DNA from: Octopus sinensis
Taxonomy: Eukaryota
NCBI RefSeq assembly: GCF_006345805.1
Contig: NW_021824591.1
Coordinates: forward strand, 1-17,707
Direction: 5' to 3'
DNA: 17,707 bases
Part shown: positions 9,769-17,707 of the stretch, in pieces
Position numbering within the stretch: the first letter of the stretch is position 1
Layout of the letters: each line of letters opens with the position of its first letter
Program-made: the position numbers and the translations under genes
Notes under the pieces: model-generated
The model's database searches: none
What the model was told of the DNA's origin: nothing
What the model saw: the letters and a program-made list of their open reading frames with translations, nothing else

Positions 9769-10358
9769 AGACGGCGAGCTTGCAGAAACGTTAGCACGCC
9801 GGGAGAAACGCGTAGCCGTATTTCGTCTGTCGTTACGTTCTGAGTTCAAATTCCGCCGAGGTCGACTTTGCTTTTCATCCTTTCGGGATCGATTAAATAA
9901 GTACCAGTTACGCACTGGGGTCGATGCAATCGACTTAATCCGTTTGTCTGTCCTTGCTTGTCCCTTCTGCGTTTAGCCCCTTGTGGGCAGTAAAGAAATA
10001 GGTATTTATTCTGCCGCTTCGTTCTGAGTTCAAATTCCGCCGAGGTCGACTTTGCCTTTCATTCTTTCGGGGTCGATTAAATAAGTACCAGTTATGCACT
10101 GGGGTCGATATAATCGTCTTAATTCGTTTGTCTGTTCTTGTTTGTCCCTTCTGCATTTAGCCCCTTGTGGGTAGTAAAGAAATAGGTATTTCGTCTGCCG
10201 TTACGTTCTGAGTTCAAATTCCGCCGAGGTCGACTTTGCCTTTCATCCTTTCGGGGTCGATTAAACAAGTACCAGTTACGCACTGGGGTCGATGCAATCG
10301 ACTTAATCCCTTTGTCTGTCCCCTCTGTGTGTTGCCCCTTGTGGGCAGTAAAGAAATA
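9769..10358 (+). mobile_element. Family A SINE trimer (one head, three 184-bp bodies) with 16-bp TSD
   Basis: The anchor GTTCTGAGTTCAAATTCCGCCGAGG occurs at 9837, 10021 and 10205; AGATGAGGGTAAGCAA occurs at 9753-9768 and 10359-10374. Confidence 0.95.
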
Positions 10359-10523
10359 AGATGAGGGTAAGCAAGATTAAAGGGTGTGTAGCTGGAAATG
10401 CGGCGATTGTAGGCAGCAGCAAAGGGTGAGTGACGTCATATGTGTAGGGTGAATGTGGTTTGCCGAATAGGGCAAGTGTGGTTAGCTGTGTCGAGTGAGT
10501 GTGGTTAGCTGAGTGGCCAGGGT

Positions 10524-10848
10524 CTGGTTCTCCGTCGGTCACGACAACGAGTGTTCCAGCTGATCCAATCAAAGGAATAACCTGCTCGTGAAGTTAACAT
10601 GCAAATAGCCTGAATACTCTACAGACACGCGTGTCCTTAGCCTAGATCTCAGGGAGATTCAGTGTGACACAGAATGTGACAAGGCTGGTCCTTTGAAATA
10701 CAGATACAATTCATTTTTGCCAGCTGTGTAGACTGGAGCATTGTGAAATAAAACGTCTTGCTCAAGGATACAACGCGCCGCCGATAATCGAACTCACGAC
10801 TTTACGATCGTGCACCTAATGCTCTAGCCACTAAGCCACGCGCCTTCA
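10524..10848 (-). mobile_element. Family C tRNA-derived SINE, full length
   Basis: On the - strand: A-box-like TGGCTTAGTGG, B-box-like GAGTTCGATT, core ccttgagcaagac. Candidate TSD AGCTGAGT(ggcc)AGGGT at 10507-10523 versus AGCTGAGTAGGGT at 10849-10861. Confidence 0.88.
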
Positions 10849-10908
10849 AGCTGAGTAGGGTGAGGATAAGGAACAATGTAACACTATAAGTATAACACTA
10901 TATGATGA

Positions 10909-11219
10909 TGGAGGCGCAATGACCCAGTGGTTAGGGCAGCGGACTCGTGGTCGTAGGATCGCGGTTTCGATTCCCAGACCGGGCGTTGTGAGTGTTTATT
11001 GAGCGAAAACACCTAAAAGCTCCACGAGGCTCCGGCAGGGGATGGTGGTGATCCCTGCTGTACTCTTTCACCACTCTTTCTCTCACTCTTTCTTCTGTTG
11101 GCCTGCTCGCTTAGCCAGCGGGGTGGCGTCATTCGAAGGCTAAAACAATGCGAACGCATTGTGACCAGCGATGTGTAACTACATCTGATGGACTGGTCGG
11201 TCACGTGATCACGTGTGAT
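10909..11219 (+). mobile_element. Family D tRNA-derived SINE, full length, 13-bp TSD
   Basis: tRNA-like head (TGACCCAGTGGTTAG...GGTTTCGATTCCC); CACTATATGATGA at 10896-10908 and 11220-11232. It may be one of the described octopus OK/OR1/OR2 families, but I cannot assign which. Confidence 0.92.
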
Positions 11220-11308
11220 CACTATATGATGAGCAACTGTATATATAACAATTCATGAAGCGAAGCGTGTAAGCAGCAGTGTAGGGCAAATGTGAGAAGA
11301 ATGAGAAC

Positions 11309-11460
11309 AAATCGATTAAATAAACCCCAGTGCTTAACTGATATTTATATAAAGGATTTAATGCAAAACTGATCTTGACTGCATTCGAACTCAGAACCCC
11401 GAAGACGTAACTACATACCTCTACCGCTATCTAACCGCCGCCACTTTACCAATTCGGTCA
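11309..11460 (-). mobile_element. Degenerate family A SINE
   Basis: Recognisable blocks atcgatt, ccccagtgcttaactg and cgaactcagaac. Confidence 0.5.
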
Positions 11461-11625
11461 TTTCCTGCTGCGCGCAATTAAAAGCATAATTGTAGGTTTG
11501 TGGAAGCAAGCTCTTGAAGTATTTAAGCTCTCTACCTAGATGTCACTCAGCAGGGTTTTTCTTTACATGAACGGTTTGTTACGTCAGGGATTTGCACATT
11601 TATTCATTGCACATACCCACCAAAA

Positions 11626-11686
11626 TTTTCTTTTCTTTCTTTCTTTTTCTTTTTTTTCTTTTCTTTTTTTTTTTTTTTTTTTTTTC
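11626..11686. repeat. T-rich tract (TTTC)n plus poly-T
   Basis: Read directly. Confidence 0.9.
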
Positions 11687-11789
11687 ATGTTTTCCACACA
11701 GAAATATATTTAAAATATTGTTACAGCTGGTTCAGATTATTTTCGTCAAATTGCTCTACAGCAAATGATACAGAGACTGAGACATGACA

Positions 11790-13260
11790 TGAAAATAAAT
11801 GAAAACTAACATTATAAATAACAGCATAAAGGAAAAAAATTAACACCGTTAATAACAAACTAATGTCATGAATAGCAAATTAACGTTATAAATAACAAAC
11901 TAACGTCATAAGTGATACACTAACGTAAAAAGAAAACCACCGTAGTAAATTACAAACTAACGTCATAAATAACAAACATCATAACGGACGTCGTAAATAA
12001 CAAACTAATGTTAGAATTAACAGGCAAACGTAATCTATATTAATAAAAGCGCAATTCTGCCTATTTGGGACCCCGATATCTCAGATTACATTTTCTCTAC
12101 GTAGACCTATTTTACCTTTTTGGAATTAGGATGGTCCAGGGATTGAAAATCTGTCCTTCATTTGGTTCCTGAACATCCAGCATTGGGATCTGATTAAAAG
12201 CAGGAAAAGCTTGGCTGATTCCCGCCCTTTTGGTTGCGTTTGACCGATGACGTCAGAGATCAAGGGGGAGATAAACGACATTTGCTTTGTTACTTTTACG
12301 TCGAGATAAGAACTTTGAAACAAACTGGCCAACAGTTGGAATTCAGCTTGGGACTGAAACAATTGAATGCTTGCATTACAGAATTAATACTCATCCGTCC
12401 TTAACCTCTAATCAAACACCACCGGGGTATTTAGTCATTATAGATGTATCATAGCCATGCTATTTAACTCTCTCTGGTTTTGGGCCATAGGCCCAATTAG
12501 CCCTCCGCAGGAGCTAGCTTCAAAGTTCGCAAGGAGTGCGGCTTTTAAGCTAGTAAATAATAAACTAACTTCATAAATAGCAAACTAATGTCATAAACAA
12601 CAAACTAACGTCATAAATAAAATAACATCATAAACTAAAGTCATAAATAACAAACAGCATATGTAAACTAACGTCATAACAAACTCACATCGTAACTAAC
12701 AAACTCACATCATAACTAACAAACTCACATCATAACTAACAAACTCACGTCGTAAATAACAAGCTAACATCATAAATAATAAAATAAAGTCATAAATAAC
12801 AAACATCATAACTAACAAACTCACATCATTACTAGCAAACTCACGTCGTAAATAACAAGCTAACATCATAAATAATAAACTAAACTCATAAATAACAAAC
12901 ATCATAACTAACAAACTCACATCATTACTAGCAAACTCACATCGTAAATAACGAGCTAACATCATAAATAATAAACTAAAGTCATAAATAACAAACTAAA
13001 ATCATAAATAAACTAATGTCATAATGGCAAATATCATAACTAACGTAACAAACTGACGTCAGAAATTAAAAAAACGCTATTAATAACACTAACGTCATAA
13101 ATAATCTGACCTCATAAATAACAAACTAATGTCATAAATAATAAACACCAGTTTGTAATTTACGACGTCGTTTTTTTTTTTTTATTTAATGTTATACAAA
13201 TGTCATAAATAACAAACTAAGGAGATAAATAACAAAAAACACCATAAATAACGAACACTA
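11790..13260. repeat. 20-bp minisatellite (consensus ~ATAAATAACAAACTAACGTC), split by an insertion at 12034-12553
   Basis: 20-bp period visible (aaactcac at 12681, 12701, 12721, 12741); 96-bp higher-order unit (cgtaaataac at 12751, 12847, 12943). Confidence 0.92.
12034..12553 (+). mobile_element. Non-autonomous Helitron-like element, 520 bp
   Basis: 5' TC (TCTATATTAATAAAAG), 3' CTAG, host A on the left and T on the right, no TSD, a short GC hairpin CGCA-aggag-TGCG ending 9 nt before CTAG. Removing it restores the minisatellite. Confidence 0.82.
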
Positions 13261-13757
13261 AAACAAACAATTATTCATAGTAGAAAAAAATGAGAAAAAC
13301 CACAGATATTACGAAATAAAACGAAGTAAAAACATAGTAAAAAAAATGAAAAACCATTTCCAAAATTAAAGTCAGAAGCCTAGAATTCCCAAAGCCAGAT
13401 GATAACATGTTTGTATGTCTCTGTCAACACAGTTTTCTAGAAGTTTTATGGTTATGTTAACGATATTAGGGATTCTTTTACCAAAAAAAAAAAAAAAGGG
13501 ACTTAGTTTTCCTGCCCCCTCTTCACTCCATTTCTATAAACTTCGTTGTTTAATTCTCGCGTCAGCTGTTACACAAATTCCTTTAGGAAATATGAAATCT
13601 TCACTCCCCCCTTCCAGTCACAAAACAACAAAAAATGAAAAGATGATAATTCCACTCTCCAGAAAGACCTGGAATAATTTCCACATAACTCTTTTGTCGT
13701 CGTCTACCATTAGAAGAACACTTGGTAATTGACAGCGAAACAATGGTTGTTGTAACT

Positions 13758-13759
<2 letters not shown>

Positions 13760-13799
<40 letters not shown>

Positions 13800-13951
13800 A
13801 CGGTGGTGGTGGTGGTGATAGTGGTGGTGGTGGTGATGTTGTTAGTAGTAGTGGTGGTGGTGGTGGTGGTGGTGTTGGTTGTGGTGGAGGTGGTGGTGTT
13901 GATGTTGTTAGTAGCAGTAGTAGCAACAGCAGCAGCAGTAGCAGTAGTAGC

Positions 13952-13982
<31 letters not shown>

Positions 13983-14221
13983 ATGGTGGTGATGTTGTTA
14001 GTAGTAGTAGTGGTAGTAGTAGTAGTAGTAGTAGTGACGGTGGTGATGTTGTTAGTAGTAGTAGTGGTAGTAGTAGTAGTAGTAGTAGTGACGGTGGTGG
14101 TGGTGGTGGTGATAGTGGTGGTGGTGGTGATGTTATTGTTAGTAGTAGTGGTGGTGGTGGTGTTGGTTGTGGTGGAGGTGATGGTGGTGATGTTGTTAGT
14201 AGCAGTAGTAGTAGTAGTAGT

Positions 14222-14293
<72 letters not shown>

Positions 14294-14298
14294 AGTAA
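13760..14298. repeat. (GTA/GTG/GCA)n array with internal ~290-bp duplication
   Basis: The block tgacggtggt...ggttgtggtggaggtg...gttagtagcagtag occurs from ~13798 and ~14089. Confidence 0.92.
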
Positions 14299-14401
14299 AT
14301 GTTGTTGCTATTATTGTTCTTGTCAGCGAAATGGTTTTCTCTGGAGTATGTTTCATTTTTTTGAATTTTCCCATCGCTTTCGCTAAACGTCATCTACAAC
14401 C

Positions 14402-15485
14402 TTACACACACACACACATACTCACATACTCACATACACACATACACACATACACACATACTCACATACACACACATACTCACATACCCACATACACACA
14501 CATACTCACATACCCACATACACACATACACAAAAAACCAATATAACCCACATACACACATACACACATACACACATACACACATACTCACATACACACA
14601 CATACTCACATACCCACATACACACACATACTCACATACCCACATACACACATACACACATACACACATACACACATACTCACATACACCACATACACAA
14701 CATACTACACTACACACACCATACTCCTACCACATACACAAACACCTACTCACATACCCACATACACACCCATACACATACACACCATACCACATACACA
14801 CACATACTCACATACACACCGTACTCAACATACCCACATACCACACATACTCACCATACCCACATACACACACATACTCACCTACCCCACATACCACACA
14901 TACTCACATACACACATACTCCCATACACACCATACTCACATACCCACATACACACACATACTCACATACCCACATACACACACATACTCACATACACAC
15001 ATACTCACATACACACACATACTCACATACCCACATACACACACATACTCACATACCCACATACACACACATACTCACATACACACATACACACATACAC
15101 ACATACTCACATACTCACATACACACATACTCACATACACACATACACACACATACTCACATACACACATACACACATACTCACATACCCACATACACAC
15201 ATACTCACATACACACATACACACATACACACATACACACATACTCACATACACACATACTCACATACCCACATACACACATACACACATACACACATAC
15301 TCACATACCCACATACACACATACTCACATACACACATACACACATACACACATACTCACATACACACATACACACATACACACATACACACATACACAC
15401 ATACTCACATACACACATACACACATACACACATACACACATACACACATACATATACAGACACACACACATATATATATGCACA
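14402..15485. repeat. ~1.1-kb compound CA array (CACATACA/CACATACT/CACATACC units)
   Basis: Read directly. Confidence 0.95.
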
Positions 15486-15567
15486 TGCGCATACACATGC
15501 CCGATCGTCTTGCGCAGAAACTATTAACAAAAAACGTAAAAACTGTCAAGTGTTAAGGGCACTGGCT

Positions 15568-15976
15568 GCGGCGACGGCGACGGCGGCGGAGGCGGCATTG
15601 GTGGTGGAGGCGGTGGTGGTGGTGGTGGTGATGATGATGAGGGTGATGGTGATGGCGGTGGTGACGTTGGTGGTTTGTGGTGATGGTCGTGTCGGTTGTA
15701 GAAGTATAGAAGTGTTGGTAGTGGTAATGGTGGTAGTTGTAATGGTGGGTGGTGATGAGTCGATGAGTGGTATACACAAAATATTACAAGTGATGGCGGT
15801 TAGTAATGGTATTGGTGGTAGTGGTGGTGTTGGTGGTGGTGGTGGTGGTGGTGGTGGTCCTGCTGCTGCTGGATCTGGTGCTGGTAGTGGTTGTAGTACG
15901 ATTATAGTAGTGGTGCTGGTGATAATAGTGGTAGTGGTGACGGTGGTGGTTGTAGCTGTAGTACTGACAGCAGTAG

Positions 15977-16041
<65 letters not shown>

Positions 16042-16260
16042 AGTGTTGGCATTGATGTTAATTGTGGTGGTGGTAGTTGTGGTAGTGGTGGTGTTGCTAA
16101 TGGTAATGATGATAGTGAGATAGTGATGGTAATTATGATAGTGGTGATTGTGACTGAGATGGTGAGGGCTGTCAGTGTTCTGGATAGGTTGTTATTGTTG
16201 TTGTTGTTGGTGGTGGTGGTGGTGGTGGTGGTGTTGCTACTGCTACTGCCGTTGTTGCTA
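15568..16260. repeat. (GCG/GTG/GAT/GTA/GTT)n trinucleotide array, including pure (GTA)n at ~15981-16040
   Basis: Read directly. Confidence 0.92.
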
Positions 16261-16774
16261 ATTATATCGATATTGTATGGAAGACAGAAAATAACGACTA
16301 TTAATGGCAAAAGCTAGTTAAAATGGTTTCTGGAACGGTTGAATGTTATTTACATTTTTTTTTTTTCTTCTCTGTTTTTTTTTTTTTTTAAATTCTGCAA
16401 GTCATCAACAACATATAACGTTGTTACTAATTCCGACTATTTTAACTGAAATCGCACCCAAACACAGAAACAAAGTTAGTGTGTAAAAATAAAGAAAATG
16501 AAGCGGAAAACAATTCATCGCCGCCATTTGCAAATATCGTCAACGTTCGTCTGTTTTGTCACGTGATTAAAATGTCTCCTAAGGCCAGACGACGGTCTAG
16601 GATTGTTTGGAACCTAATGAGGAAATTCTCCTGAGGGAATCGGAAGAAACTTCAATCAGCAGACTTTCACTTAGTTTTCTCGTTTTTATTTCATACTTTT
16701 TTCTTCCTTTCTTCTTTATCTCTTTTTCCGTTTGTATCACTCTGTGACAGCATTTCTTGTATCATTCTTTTAGA

Positions 16775-16911
16775 CATGTGTATATGAGTGTGCATATATA
16801 TATGTATATATATCATTGCATATATATTTATTTATGTATATGTATATTTGTATGTAAGTATGATTCTATGTATAAGTGTATGTATAGTCTAATATGGTCA
16901 TGTACGTACAA

Positions 16912-16976
<65 letters not shown>

Positions 16977-17012
16977 GTGTGTGTGTGTGTGTATTGTGTG
17001 TGCGCGCACACG
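16775..17012. repeat. TA-rich tract then (TA)n(GT)n
   Basis: Read directly. Confidence 0.9.
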
Positions 17013-17406
17013 TATCAAAGACTCACACACCAAGATACTCAAAGATAAATGTTAACCGTTGTCTTTTTAACTCCATTTTGTTATTCTATCTCGCTGTTTG
17101 TTTCCCCATCACACTCTCTTTCTTCCTTTCTGTCCCTCTTTCTCCCTCTCTCTGTTATTCTCTCCCCCTCCATCTTCTATCCTTTACCTTTGTTTTCCCT
17201 TTTAATTGATCTTTCTCTCATCTTTAGTTCTCTTCCCCATCGTACAACCTCTCACGGTTCTCTACTTCGCTATCTTTTTGTTCACACAGTCTAAAGATAT
17301 ACACTAATACGCGCTATCATTTAGTAATATCATATACAGATATCATAGCATGATATCATTTACCAACATTGGTGAATACAATTGCACGGTGTATTGATAT
17401 CACATC

Positions 17407-17579
17407 GGTTTCAAATTTTGGCAGAAGACAAATAATTTCAGGGATGGGAGTAAGTCGATTGCATCGACTGCGATTCTCAACTAGTACGTATTTTATCGAC
17501 CCCGAAAGGATGAAAGGAAAAATCGACCCCGTCGGAATTTGAACTCAGAACATAAAGACTAACGAAATATCCCTAAGCA
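17407..17579 (-). mobile_element. Family A SINE, variant tail, head truncated at a CA tract
   Basis: atcgaccccgaaaggatgaaagg and ggaatttgaactcagaac are the reverse complement of the family A body. Confidence 0.85.
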
Positions 17580-17641
<62 letters not shown>

Positions 17642-17707
17642 ACACACAGAACACACAAACACACACACACATACACCACACACACACACACACAGAACAC
17701 ACAATAC
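17580..17707. repeat. (CA)n microsatellite running to the window end
   Basis: Read directly. Confidence 0.95.

Noticed and set aside
10909-10985. Genuine tRNA genes here and at 10770-10848
   Set aside because: The heads run straight into SINE bodies bounded by TSDs.
12126-12362. 78-aa ORF as a Helitron Rep/helicase
   Set aside because: Too short, with no HUH or helicase motifs; retained only as possible captured sequence.
12705-12965. 32-aa repeat protein (MMLARYLRCEF...)
   Set aside because: It is the 96-bp higher-order repeat read on the - strand.
10431-13061. Three CRE palindromes TGACGTCA (10431, 12248, 13054) and Fox/CRE-like motifs in the minisatellite
   Set aside because: One derives from the array monomer, and motif presence alone does not support function.
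11790-13260. CRISPR-like array
   Set aside because: Monomers are directly adjacent with no unique spacers, there are no cas genes, and the context is eukaryotic.
13618-13735. LMVDDDKRV as a response-regulator receiver motif
   Set aside because: A few-residue resemblance fused to a triplet repeat, with no rest of the domain.
13731-14338. CAGCGAAA(CA)ATGGTT on both sides of the triplet array as a TSD
   Set aside because: The match is imperfect and the second copy lies ~25 bp beyond the array end, so it does not bracket an insertion.
950-17294. All ORFs in the supplied track as protein-coding genes (poly-V, poly-T, YI/CV/HT repeats and others)
   Set aside because: Nearly all are stop-free frames through microsatellites or SINEs, and none has a recognisable domain.

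Overview
Non-coding, repeat-saturated eukaryotic DNA, probably intronic or intergenic. The SINE-like families match my memory of Octopus repeats, so an octopod cephalopod source is an inference, not a database result. No protein-coding gene can be identified: the supplied ORFs are frames through microsatellites or SINEs, or short unrecognised frames. The window holds about 15 copies or fragments of five tRNA-headed SINE-like families (labelled A-E here), several with clear target-site duplications (TSDs). It also holds a 520-bp non-autonomous Helitron-like element inserted in a 20-bp minisatellite, a probable truncated MITE carrying (TAACCC)n repeats, and many simple repeats. The best leads are: a head-plus-three-body SINE trimer inside one 16-bp TSD; the Helitron-like element; a perfect 18-bp hairpin at 7541-7586; and several closely spaced inverted SINE pairs. 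I see no convincing new multi-gene system. A few short exon-like frames are listed as low-confidence leads.
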